Assembly: GCF_004010195.1 (NCBI RefSeq)
Contig: NC_057718.1
Span: 84,733,730 to 84,792,227 of the forward strand
Direction of reading: 5' to 3'
Length of the DNA stretch: 58,498 bases
DNA from: Chiloscyllium plagiosum
Lineage: Eukaryota
This document shows positions 39,501 through 52,169 of the stretch, in pieces (position 1 is the first letter of the stretch; each line of letters begins with the position of its first letter). Under the pieces are notes generated by a model. That model was given only the letters and a program-made list of their open reading frames with translations. It was not told the origin of the DNA and searched no databases. Made by a program: the position numbers and the translations under genes.

Positions 39501-40611
39501 TTTTTCAGATGCGATTGAATCTGACACATTTTATATTTCCTGTGATGTCTTTGGTCAGTTCTGAATATTTATAGATAGCATCTATTTGAAGTAGAATACA
39601 TAAACCTATTAAAATGGTATTTGACTATAGTTTAAGGTTGCCCATCAGCTTTAATTAATAAAATTATTTTATAGGCTATTTATTGTTCCTGTGATATGTT
39701 AGTGGGCAAAGTTACTGCATGGAGGGAACAGACTCGGGGAGAGCAGAAGGTGTCAACTTCAGTCTTGCAGTCTTTATTCAAAATGTGATCTCTACTCATA
39801 TTGTAATGTGATGCTGTATCTGGCTTCAGAGCTCCTGGCTGGGTTGCAATTAGCATCTAACTTTGCATGTTTGTTTTTAGTGTCACTTGTGGCTTGGGAG
39901 GTAGAACTCTTGCCACCTGCAGAATGAAGTGAATTGCCACTTGCAACAAGTTTTCATATACGTTCTTGAGAATGAGGACACCAGTTTCTCTGTTAGTTTT
40001 ATGTTTTTAAGCTCTAATTTGGGCATTTACCTTACCTTACAAACAAAGACTTTTTAAGAGGCATGTTCCAAAAATCGGTCCTTCAAAATTAGCCTTGCTT
40101 ACGATCACATTTGCCAGAGGAGTAGCCTCTAAATTATAAGTTCTGCAAAAACTGGATTGACCAAATGGACTATTCCTGTCTGTCATTGTTCGCAAAGAGA
40201 CCTACAAGAGTCCACTGCGCTCACACAGAAATTAAGAAGGAATGAAATCTCTAATCATCAGACTGGCAATTCGTGTATTTGGCAACTCCTAGCTAATGTT
40301 TAGGGGCCAGAGAATTTATAACTAACTAACATTGTACTGGAATGTTGACCCATTTTACTATCAAATTCTAAAGATTTGTTGAGAATGAAAAATGAAATGT
40401 TGTTGTAGATTACTTTGTTTAATGGTCCAGTTTTTTTTTTGTACTCCAGCCTGATTAGGTGGTTAAAATGCAACTCAACTCCTTTGAGTTTTAAACTCAA
40501 CATTTTGCCTCTGTTCAAATAAATAAACTTCTGAGAAGACATTTTTAAGGGGCAAGGGAGATTTCAACAAAGATTTCTGTGTGTCTGAGATTGTATGTTC
40601 ATTGATTTCAG

Positions 40612-40817
40612 CTACCCCGGAGCAGGTCGAACCAAAGTACGTCAGGGGAGCCAAACGATATGGCCGCCGATCTATACCCGAATTTCTGGATTCCAAAGTG
40701 GAAACTACAGATGATTTGGAGGAGTCACTTTGTTTTAGGACAACAAAGGATGAACTGGTCACACAAAGCACCAGCAGAAGTATTTTAAAACGCTCTGCAT
40801 CTCTTGAGAGTGTAGAG
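40612..40817 (+). CDS. NINL: NINL coding exon 3
   Basis: (A)TPEQVEPKYVRGAKRYGRRSIPEF...RSASLESVE carries the NIN/NINL PKYVxGxKxYGRRS motif and the NINL RSASLESVE motif; tttcag acceptor, GTTTGT donor; 206 nt, phase 1 to 0. Confidence 0.93.
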
Positions 40818-41164
40818 GTTTGTCCATCTTACCGTTCTGTTCAAGTCCTTGTCAAACTTCCATCTTCCCTTTCGGGAAATGTCTGTTCCCCAACCTGACT
40901 AAACATTCCTCCCATGTGCTCACTGAATTACACCAGTTTTTAATCCTCAAATTTTAAGTTCTTGTCCTTGTTCTACAGTGTTCAAGTTGCTCCAGTGATT
41001 GAGTCTGGTTTATTAGTAATGAGAAAATAAGGAAATAGAGGGTGAATTGTACAGATATATTTGTGTCTGTCATCCCAGATATAACTGTAAAACAATAGAT
41101 GAAAGAGAAGAAGTTAAAATAATTCCAATCACTAGGGAAAAGGATACTGGGGGAGAAAAAAAGA

Positions 41165-41498
41165 ATGAAATGGGCCCTTCGGTCCAACTCATCCGTGCCA
41201 ACCAAACATCTCAATCTGATTTAATCCTATTTGCAAGCATTTGGCCCATATCCCTCTGAACTTATCCCTTACACCTTAAACCTCGCCCTCTAGTTTGGAC
41301 ACTCCTACCCTGGAAAAAAGACCTTGGCCATTCATCTTATCCATGCCCCTCAGGGTTTTATAAACTTCTGTAAGGTCATCCTTCAGCCTCTGACACTCTA
41401 AGGAAAATAGCCCTAGCCTATTCAGCCTCTCCCTATAACTCAAGCCTTCCAGTCCTGGGAATATCCTTGTAAATCCCTTCTGCACCCTCTCAAGTTTG
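41165..41498 (-). mobile_element. CR1 3' fragment
   Basis: QKGFTRIFPGLEGLSYRERLNRLGLFSLE. Confidence 0.9.
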
Positions 41499-41547
41499 CA
41501 CTGCGCACAGTTCTGATTTCCATATCCCTCAGTTAAACCTTAGTTAA

Positions 41548-41875
41548 GGGCGGCATGGTGGCTCAGTGGTTAGCACTACTGCCTCACAGCACTAGGGACC
41601 CGGGTTCGATTATGCCTCGGGCAACTGTCTGTGTGGAATTTGCACATTCTCCCCATGTCTGTGTGGGTTTCCATTGGGTGCTTTGGTTTCCCCCCACAAT
41701 CCAAAGATGTGCAGGCCAGGTGAATTGGCCATGCCAAATTGCCCATAGTGTTAGTTGCATTAGTCAGGGTAAATATAGGGTAGGGGAATGGGTCTGGGTG
41801 TGTTGTTCTTTGGAGGGTTGGCGTGGACTTGTTGGGCCGAAGGACCTGTTTCCATACTGTAGGGAACCTAGAATC
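41548..41875 (+). mobile_element. HE1-type V-SINE, full length
   Basis: A box, B box ggttcgatt, V domain, CR1-like tail. Confidence 0.9.
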
Positions 41876-42677
41876 AAAACCACACATGAACAGTGTCCAC
41901 AGTTCTGGTTTCCATATCCCTCCGTTAGATCAAACTTGGAGCACTGTACATGGTCCTGATCTCTACATACCTTGGAGCCAGGTCCAGAACTCAAGAGGCT
42001 ATCAGCATTAGACAGTCACTGACAAATCAAATTGGAAATTCAGGAGAAAACTTGATACCCAGAGAGTGGGAAGAATGTGGGATATATTCTGATGTAGAGC
42101 GGTCAAGGGATAAACAGAAAAAGAAGAAAGGATTGAGATGAGACACTGGCGTTGAAGTGTAGAATGAGGATGTGAGGACGTTCATATGGAGTAGAAAAAG
42201 GAAAACAGCTGATGGGCCAAAGGCCTGGTTTTTTGCTATGAATACTTTCCAAGACCTTCGTGGACAAATGAGTTTCGGTTGCTCCCTATTTTTACTTTTT
42301 TGTTGAAGAAGTTTCAGGATTTGACCCAGCAACACTGAAGGAAGAGCAATACATTTCCACCCTTGGTTTGGTGGGGAAATTGTCAGGGGTGGTGTTCCCA
42401 TTTATCTGCTGCCCTTGTCCTTCTAGATGGAAGTGGTCATGAGTTTGTAACTTGCTGTCAAAGGGTCATAGATGAATTACTGCTCCTGAACGTTGATGGT
42501 GGAGTGAATGTTTGTGAACACGGTGCCAATCAAATTGGGTTGTTTTGTTCTGGATGGTGTCAAGCTGCTGGAGTATTATTGGACCTGCACTCATCCAGGC
42601 AAGTGGTGAATGGTGACTGGTGCTGAACAATGTGCAATCACTGGCGAACATCCCCACTTGTGATCTTACGATAGAGG

Positions 42678-42797
42678 GAAGGTCAGTACTGTGCTGCATT
42701 GTTGGAGGGTCAGTACTGAGGGTGAACTGCATTGTCGGAAGGTCAGTACCGAGGGAGAGCTGCATTGTTAGAGGGTCATTACTGAGGGAGTCCTGCA
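42678..42797 (+). repeat. About 33-bp minisatellite, about 4 units
   Basis: gagggtcagtactgagggagagctgcattgtcg-like units. Confidence 0.8.
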
Positions 42798-43039
42798 ACC
42801 CTAGTGAGGTTTTTATATTGGAGAGGAGTGCCTGATGTTGGTTACAGATTGTGGGACAGTGACTGGTATCGTATTGCTGCTGAATATGTATACCATCAAA
42901 AATGTGAACGGATGGTGATGATGCCTCCCCCTCATCATGCCCTGACTCCCAAAATAATCTGACTCTGCCTCAGAACATCACCTTACCTCATCTTGATGAA
43001 CTTCATCTACTGTCTTAAAGAAGAATAGCAAATGTAACT

Positions 43040-43325
43040 TATTTACTCAACACAGAAAGGGGAAATGTAACAGGAAACTACAGGCCAGTTAGCCTAACAT
43101 CTATCGTAGGGAAGATGCTGGAATCCATTATTAAGGAGGTTATAGCAAGACACTTAGAAAACCTCTGCACAATTAGACGGAGGCAAAATGATTCCTTAAA
43201 GGAAAATCATGTTTGTCTAAACTATTAGTTTTTTGTTGATGAATTAACAACCGACATGAATGAAAGGAACCTGTAAATATGGCGTACTTGGATTTCAAAG
43301 AAACTTTCAACAAGGTGCCACATCA
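43040..43325 (+). mobile_element. CR1 RT internal fragment
   Basis: ggaaactacaggccagttagcctaacatct encodes GNYRPVSLTS; a decayed YLDFxxxFxKVPH motif follows. Confidence 0.8.
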
Positions 43326-44358
43326 ATGATCAGTGGAAAATCATAGCAGAATCATAGCAGATGGAATATGTTTGGCCTACATATCTGTTTTGTTGACAGT
43401 ATGAAAAACTGGAGATATTCAACTGTTTGTACGCTTTCTAAATTATAGGGTTTTGCCATGGAATAATGTGGGCTATAAGCCACATTCTGATTATGTAAAT
43501 TCAAGCAACTTTGGAAAAATAACCAAGCAAATCTTTTAGGGAGATAAGAAATAGGTTTTATTACCTTTTAAGTGCTGGAAACCTAATTGGAAAATATTTT
43601 GGGGCCCTGTATTGTTGATTTCAAAATCTGAGGGAGCTCGAGGGGGTGAAAAAAAAACCCCAAAGCTTGCATTAGAATCTAATTCCTCTCTCTCCTGCAA
43701 TTTTCACTCAGTTCAAATATTTGGATAATTTTTTCATAGTTAAGTACCTTAACTACCTTGCAAACCCTGAAAAGCTGAACAGTCATCCACTCTCCAAAGA
43801 CCGAGAACAGCTTGACCTCCATCTGAAAGCAATACATTATTTTTAAACTTTACTTCTGTGTCTTCTTCCAAAGATAATGCAGTATAGTGTCTCTGAACAT
43901 GTCATCTCTGTACTCCTGAAACAGTTGCTTGTGTAACATGTAGGAAAATGTCTGCTCCCTGACAAAGTGAATTGAGTGAGTAAGTAGTGCTGGCCATTCA
44001 GTGATTGCAAGTCAAAGTTAGGCTCAATTCAAGTGAGAAACTCATGAATGTAGACACTGAGGGTTGGTGGAACTATACATTTTTGTTTTATCTTTAAGGA
44101 TAGAAAATATTGAATTTTAGATATTTTCTGCTTTGGTGCTTGTTTAATGAAATAATGTGTGATATGAACTAATGACACAATTGAATTAGAAGCTTATGAA
44201 AGTAGACTTTGAGGGTTTCAGCATGATTGCATCGCCACACTTTGAGCACGTGCACAATTTGCACTGTACTTATCCTGCCACCTCAGCACCTGCAGTCGAA
44301 AATTTGTCATGTTCCCCAATTGTAAGCTTGAATTTACGAGGGTGATTTTCTGTTACAG

Positions 44359-44425
44359 AGCCTCAAGTCTGATGAAGAGCTAGAGCACCATCAGGAATCT
44401 TTGCAAGAAACCTTCGAAGCACAAG
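44359..44425 (+). CDS. NINL: NINL coding exon 4
   Basis: SLKSDEELEHHQESLQETFEAQ(G) resembles NINL S-KSDEE...FEAQG; ttacag acceptor, GTAAAT donor; 67 nt, phase 0 to 1. Confidence 0.92.
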
Positions 44426-44594
44426 GTAAATTGTTCATATTTTTTATCCAGTGTTAGTATCTGACTTTTATTTTATCCTGCAGTTTTCACTTAAATACTG
44501 ACATAAATGCAGTAAATTGTTCCATGGAGCTTGATTCAGCATAGAATGAGAACTAGGCCATTCAACCCCTTGAGTCTGTTCTGCATAGGAGCAG

Positions 44595-45393
44595 AGAGTC
44601 ATACTGCATAGAAATAGATCCTTCAGTCCAGCAAGTCCATGCTGAACATAAGCCCAAACTAAACTAGTCCCAAATGCCTGCTCCTGGCCCATATCCCACC
44701 AAATCTTTCCTGTTCATGTACTTAGTGTCTTTTAAGCATTGTAACCATGCCTGCATCCACCACTTCCTCAGGAAGTTCATTCCACGTGCGAACCACCTCT
44801 GTATAAAAAATTTGCCCATGATGACTTTCACCTTAAAAATATGTCCCCAATCTTGAAATCCCCCATCCAACGGAAAAGACACCTACTATTACTACTATTA
44901 ACTATTGTGATTTTATAAACATCCATAAGATCACCCCTCAACCTCCTATGTTTCAGTGAGAAAAGTCCCAGCCTATTCAGTCTTTCTTTGTAACTCAATC
45001 CTTCTAAACCTAACAACATCGTGATAAACCTCTTCTGAACAGTCTCCAGCTTAATAATATCCTTCCTCTAACAGGGTAACCAGAACTGGACACAGTATTC
45101 CAGAACAGGCCTCACCAATGTCCTGTACAATCTCAACATGACTTCCCAATTCCTATACTCAAAGGACTGAGCAATGAAGGCAAGCGTGCTAAACGCCTTT
45201 TAAACCACCCTATCTATATGTGATGCAAACTTCAAAGAATTATGTACCTTAACCTCTAGGTCCCCCTGTTCTACAACACTACCTAAGGCCCCACCATTAA
45301 TTGTATAATTCCTGCCTCTGTGTGTTGTACCAAAATGCAACACACATTTATCCAAATTGAGCTCCATCTGCCATTTTTCAGCCCATTGACCCA
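44595..45393 (-). mobile_element. CR1 LINE 3' part
   Basis: MGQWAEKWQMELNLDKC and GLEGLSYKERLNRLGLFSL. Confidence 0.9.
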
Positions 45394-48149
45394 TAGAATC
45401 ATGATTGGACAAAATTTGATAACAAGCCAAAGAGTGACTTATTAGTAAAGGGACCAAAAGCTTAGTCAGAGGTAAGTTTTATGGAGTATCACAAGGGGAA
45501 AGGTCATGAGGCGGAGAGTTTCTGGGACCAGATGACTGAAGACATAGCTGCAGACGTTGGTGTGAAGGAAGTGGTGGATGCAAAAGTTTGAGGATCGCAA
45601 ATTTATTGTAGGACTGGCAGAAGACACAGGGTTGAGGAGTAGGTGAGACCATGGAGGAATTTGAACATGTGGATGAGAATTTAGGTGTTGCAGAATCAGG
45701 AGCCAGTGTAGTATACCAAGCCTAGGTAATGGGTGAAAGGGACGAGATGAGTGTTGAGATCAAAATTCAAATGACACATTTTGAAAGTGACCTTGATTGG
45801 AGTTGTTTGTACCATTTTATTTGTCGCAGTTCTGATTGCGATTGGCACTTTAGGAAGAATATTTGTACGGTCAATTCAAATTCTGTTTTCTTTATTTCAC
45901 TAATTTTATAGGATTTTGTTTACTCAAATTTTCTGTGAACTAATGCGTGTTGCAACAAAACAATCTTGAGTATCAAATTAATCCTGGCTGTCTGCTGTGC
46001 CTTGACAATATAACACAGCTGTTAGTCTGAGTAAAAGATGAAAACTATTTCCCCAAGTTCCATAGCGATGACAAAGCTGGGTCCTGTTGATTACTAGAAG
46101 GCACAGCTGTATAGACAGCTAATTTTTATAATAGCTTTGTAACTCTGTTTCATAATATATTAATCTTGCCCAGTTACTAGGCAACTAAGCTAAGACACTG
46201 AGAATTGTATTTGTTCTTTATCAACTATTGGTACCTACATCTCGTGATGTGGCTTACTATTAAAATATCCCTCAAGCTAATGTAAATTTACTTTAAATAA
46301 AAGGACAAATAAGTAGATTACAGAATAGTACTTGCTTTGTTCGGTGATTCTAAATTACAAACACTTTGTACAGAACCCATCTTATTACAAGTTATTTTTC
46401 ACAGCTGTTTCAGAGCTGGTTTGTATTTCCACTTGTCTCTTCACCCTTTCTTGTGATAGGTCAGCTTGTTTTCAGGGCTCTGCTAATCTTGTTCTGGTAA
46501 TGGAGGGTAGACAGAACAGTATCCTAGAGAGACTTGTGGCATTGCCCAAACCCTGTCCCACCTGCTACTGGTGATTTGGTAAAACTGGATTTGTTATTTG
46601 TGGAGAATTTTAGATAATAACTGTTCAGCAGTTAACGTTGAGTTACACCTTGCTGTACATTGACAGTGCTGCAGAACCCAGCCCTAACATCTTAAAGAAC
46701 TAAATCATGAGGACAGGTGCATTGACTTTGGGTTGTATTCTCTTGAGTTCAGAAGGTTGAGGAGTGATTCAATGTTTAAGGTGATGAAGGGTTTCGATAA
46801 CGCAGATACAGAGAAGCTTTATCTTTTTTGGAATATCAAAAATAGTGGTGCATAAACCTTAAAATCAGATCTAGGTCATTTAGAGGTTAAATCAGTAAGT
46901 GTTTTGTCAGAAACAAAGTAGTATAACTCCCTTTACTCCTAAAAGGCTTGTTGATGTGAAGTCGATTGGGATTTCAAACCTGCGATAGATTTCTGTTGGA
47001 TAAGGGTCAAAGGGGTATGGAGTAGAGGAACAGTCATGACCCAATTCAGTGGCACAACAGATGTGGGCATGACAGCTGCTCCTGTTCCTATGATTCTTCC
47101 CTTTCACTAAATAACACCATTGTTTTGCTCCTGTATAGTGTGGTGGAGGTAATATCAAGATGCAGAAGGCTAGGGTCAGGAAGGAGGGAATTGCCGATGT
47201 GATAAACCTCTAAATATTTTCATCAATATAAAAATATATTTCTAAGTATTGAAATGTGAAATACACATGAAGTATCCTGATGTTCTGATTAAAGCTAATC
47301 TTCAGATGTTAAAACTTAAGAGTCTGAGGAAAATAGGCTTTCCATTGTTTCACAAAATACAACACTCACTTTTGAAGGGGTTCAAATTTATCAATCAGGA
47401 TTACTATAGCATGCAGAAGCAAAATATTGAGGTTGCTGGAAACTGAAATAAATACAGGGGTTGTTAGAAATTCTCCTTTCACAATTGCTGACTTGTTGAA
47501 TATTTCCAAAAGTTCTGTTCTTATTTTATGTTAACATGTTCAGGTTAGATGTTTCATATTGGAGATTGGGTTCACTATGAACTGTTGATTGTTGTAAAAA
47601 CCCATCTGGTTCACTAATATCCTTTTAGGATAGGAAATCTACTGTCCATACCTGGTTTGGTCTACATGTGACTCAAGATCCACTGTAATGTGCTTGACTC
47701 TTAATTGCTCTCCAAAATGGCCTAGTATCTAATCTCTGGGGGCTAGTGTCAAATTTAGGGATTGAAAATGTCTCTTACACTAGTCAAGCAAGAACCTGAC
47801 AATGTCATCTTCTCAGTATTGTACCTTTATAGAAAGTCTCCCAGAAAACACCATGATCATCTCTGATTGACTGGCAGTACAGATTCGGCAGAATTGACAG
47901 CACAGTGTATGCAATCTGGAGGGGGGTTCTTAACACTGACTCTGGACTCCATGAAGTTTTATGAGCCTCTTCTGATTACCACGTACTGCCCCTAACACCC
48001 TGTCCCTCCATCTTCACCAAGCATCTGTACATAACAGTATCAGAAGAAATGACCATCACATCATCCTTGTGGAGATGAAGTTACATCTTCATGTTGACGT
48101 TCTCCTCCATTGTATTGTACAGTACTATCACTGTGTTAAATGGGATAGA

Positions 48150-50830
48150 TTTTGAATTTGTCTAGCTGTTCAAAATTGGGAATGATGACATGTGTGGGCC
48201 ATCAGCAGCAGCAGAATCATGTTCAAACACAGACTGCAACCTCATGGCCCAACATATTCCCCCCCCTCACCCCATCAAGCCAGGGAATTGACCCTGGTTC
48301 AATGGAGTGCAGGAGGGCATGACAGGAGCAGCATCAAGCTAAAAAACTGGTGAAGCTATAAAGTAGAATAGTTGCATGCCAAACAGCATAAACAGCAAGT
48401 GAAAGAACTAAACAATTCCACAACTTTGGATCAGATCAAAGTTCCATAGGCCTGCCACATGCAGTCATAAATGATGGTGGGTAAATAAACAACTCACTGA
48501 CTATGACGTTTCCATAAATAACCAATTCAACTCATTCCATATAACATCAACAAATAGCTGAAATACTGGATACTGAATAGGCTATGAGCCCTGAGAGCTT
48601 CTAGTAAAAGTAACTGAAGAGTTTTGCTCCAGAACTTGCTGTGCCCCTATCCCTAGCCAAACTGTTCCAGTTCAGTGACAGCAACAGCAATGGCATCCAC
48701 CCAACATTGTGGAAAATTACTCAGTTGTGTATTGTCCATAAACAGCAGGACACATCCAACCCAGCCAATTGTCGCCCCATCAGTCTACTCTTGATTGTCA
48801 GCACAGTGATGGATAGTGTCATTAACAGTGTTACCGAGCAGCACATGCTTAGCAATAACCTGCTCACTGAAGCTCAGTTCAGATTCTGCCAGTGTTACTC
48901 AGCTCCTGACATTATTGCAACTGTGGTCCAAAAAATGGACAAAATTTGAATTCCAGAAGTTAGGTGAGACTGACTACCCTTGACAGCAAGGCTTTGTTTG
49001 ACTGAGCGTAGCATCAATGAGCCGTACAAAGGTTAAAGTCAATGGGCACCGGAACAAAAACTCCCCACTGGCTGGAATTCTATATCGCACAAAGGAAGAT
49101 GATTGTGGTTGTTAGAAGTCAAGTCATCTCAGTTCCAGGATATCTTTGCAGAAATTATTCAGGGTAGTATTCTAGGCCCAACCATTTTGCCTGCTTCCTC
49201 AGCCATAAGGTCACAAATGGGGTTGTTTGCTGATGATTACAAAATATTCAGCACCATTCACAATTCCTCAGATATGAAGATAATACAGACCCAAATGCAG
49301 CAAAACTTGGACAATATCCAGGTTTGAGCTGATAAATGGCAAGTAATACATACCATACAGTGTCAAGCAATGACCATCCCAACAAGAAAAAATCAAATCG
49401 TTGTCTTTCAACATTGCCATTGATGAAATCTGCACTGTCAACATCTTGGGGGTTACTGCTGACCAGCAACTGAACTGGATGTTGGCTTTTATAGCTAAAG
49501 GAATAGAATATAAAAGTAAGGAAGTATTGTTGCAACTATACAAGGCATTGGTGAGACCACACCTGGGATATTGTGCACAGTTTTGGTCCCCTTGTTTGAG
49601 AAAAGATGTAATGGCATTGGAGGCAGTTCAGAGTAGGTTCACTAGATTGATTCCAAAGATGAGGGGTTTGTCGTATGAAGAAAGATTGAACAGTTTAGGC
49701 CTATACCCTCTTGAATTTAGAAGAAAGAGGGGAGATTAAATTGAGGTATTCAAGTTGATAAAAGGTGTGAATAAAATAAATGTGGATGCTTCCTGTTGTG
49801 GAGCATTCTGGGATGAGAGGTAGCAAATTTAATATAGTTGAGGAGAAACTATTTCTCCCAAAAGGTGTGGAATCTGTGGAATTTGCTATCCCAAAGTGCA
49901 GTGGGTGCTGGGACAGTGAGTAAATTTAAGGGTGAGTTAGACAGACCTTTAATTGGTAATGGGATGAAGGATTATGGGGAGAAGGCACAAAATGGGGGCG
50001 AGTAGCACATCCACCATATTCAAATGGTGAAACAGACTTAATGGGCCCAATGGCCTAATTCTGCTCCTATACCTTATGAACCAAACATATCAAGACTGGC
50101 TACAAAAGCAAATCAGAGGTGCGTAACACTGCAGCAAATAACTCATTTCCTGACTCCTAAAACTTGTCTATCATTTACAAGACACATGTCAGGAGTGTGA
50201 TGAAATACTGTCAGTTGTCTGGATGGATGCAGCTCTAACAACACTCAAGAAGTTTGACATCATCTATGACTAAGCAGCCCATTTGATTGGCACCACATTG
50301 CAAACATCCATTCCTCCCCACCACTAATGCTCAGTAATGGCAGTGTGTATCATTTAGATTAGAGTGGTGCTGGAAAAGCACAGCAGGTCAGGCAGCATCG
50401 GAGAAGGGCTTTTGCCCGAAACGTCGATTTCCCTGCTCCTCGGATGCTGCCTGACCTGCTGTGCTTTTCCAGCACCACTCTAATCTAGACTCTGATTTCC
50501 AGCATCTGCAGTCCTCACTTTTGCCTAGTGTATCATTTATCTGATGCACTACAGAAATTCACCAAGGTGTCTTAGATTGCAGATACTTAAGAACAGTACC
50601 ATGTGCAAGTTCCCCTCCAAGTTATTCACCACCGAGACTTGGAAGTATATTGCTGTTATTTCAGATTCATGAGGTCAAAATCCCGAGACACACTTTCTGA
50701 TAGCATTGTGTGTGTGTACCTAAACCAAATAAACTGCAGTGGTTCAAGAAGGCAACTCACCACTACCATCCCAGGAGCATAGGCAATAAATGCTGGATTA
50801 GCCAGTGAAGCCAACTTTCCATGAACAAAT
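48150..50830 (+). mobile_element. Degenerate LINE (CR1/L2 group) with nested CR1 (about 49478-50082) and a PLE insert
   Basis: SNPANCRPISLL, QGSILGP, FADD motifs; nested LYKALVRPHLGYCAQFWSP. Confidence 0.85.
50357..50527 (+). mobile_element. PLE family 1 insert with 5' inversion
   Basis: 12-bp TSD gtgtatcattta; perfect 45-bp inverted repeat. Confidence 0.9.
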
Positions 50831-52169
50831 TTAAAATTAAAAAGTCTTCTGGACTTGATTCTTCCAATGTTCTCTGGGTTGCCCCGCTCCCCCGCAATCT
50901 GATTTCAACTAAAACTCTACTGTCTACGTGCTAACTTGTATCAAATCCTGCTCACTCAACATCCCTGTGTTTACTAACCTAAACTGGCAATGCCTTTATT
51001 TTAAAATTCTCATCCTTGTGTTTAAGTTTATCCACGACCTCTCCCCTCCCTATCTCTGTAACCTCTGACAGTTCTGCAACCCTCGGAGATTTCTACACTC
51101 CAATTTTGGTCTATTTGCATCCTCCCTCCCCTTTGCTCCACCTAAGGATGTTTGAGAAGCAAGTTAAACAGCGACAAAATATTACTCTAGATTTCCACAG
51201 TGTTGTACGCTATGAATTAGACTCTGAACATACACATAACCATAGGGATAGGTGGGTGCCAGGGATTGTCAGTCATGAATACAGTAGTTCTTTTGTGTTT
51301 TGTGACCCTTGTGATTCTGTTGCAGTTGTGCCCTTGTTTTGGAAGGATACTGTTTACAGTGTCATAGTTAAAAGCAAGTCTTTTGTCAACTCAATGATCA
51401 CGTGGAATGTAGTGTGTTTTTTTCAAAGTGGTGGAATGTTTTTGTTTTATTTTGAAGGATAGAAAATGTTGAGACTTAGACAATTTTTACTCTGTTTCTT
51501 GTTTAATGAAACAACTTGGGATATTTACTAATAACACAATTGAGTGCAATAGAGAGATAGTTGTGTTAACCTTCTTGAATTTGTTTGGTTTGGAATTCAG
51601 CAGGAGTATTGTGTACAATTCTGGGCACCCCACTGTAGGAATGATTTCAAGCTCTTGACGTAGGTTTAGAGGAAATCTGTCAGAATAGTATCAGGGAAGA
51701 GGGACTTTAGTTTGGAGATACTAGAGAAGCTATCAACACCCTAGAGATTGTTATTGACCAGAAACTGACCTGGACTACTCATATACAGTAAATACCATGG
51801 CTACAAGCGCAAGTCAGCAGTTAGGAATTTTGTGGTAAGGAACCCAACTCCTGATTATCCAAAATGCGTCCGTCATCTACAAGGCACAAGTCTGGAGGGC
51901 AATGGAATAGACTCTGCTTGCCTAGACTGGTGGGGCTCCAATAGTACTTGGAAGTACAAGGAAGCGTGATACCATCCAAGGTAAAGCAATCCAATTGTTT
52001 GGCATCCCCCGCAGCACCTTCAACATTCACTCCCTTCATCACCCCTGCACAGTGGTAGTTGTGTGAACCATCTAAAAAATGCAGTGCAACAATTTGTCCA
52101 GCCACTTTCAGCAGCACCTTCCATACTCCCCACCCCTACCATCTAGAAGGACAAAGACAGCAGATGCAA

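Noticed and set aside
41548..41620. tRNA genes here and at 2617 and 24645
   Set aside because: These are SINE heads that run into the V domain; no complete cloverleaf
42678..42797. CRISPR-like array
   Set aside because: Contiguous degenerate units, no unique spacers, no cas genes, vertebrate context
51016..51462. 148-aa ORF
   Set aside because: Non-ATG start, begins in an L2-like remnant, no recognisable domain
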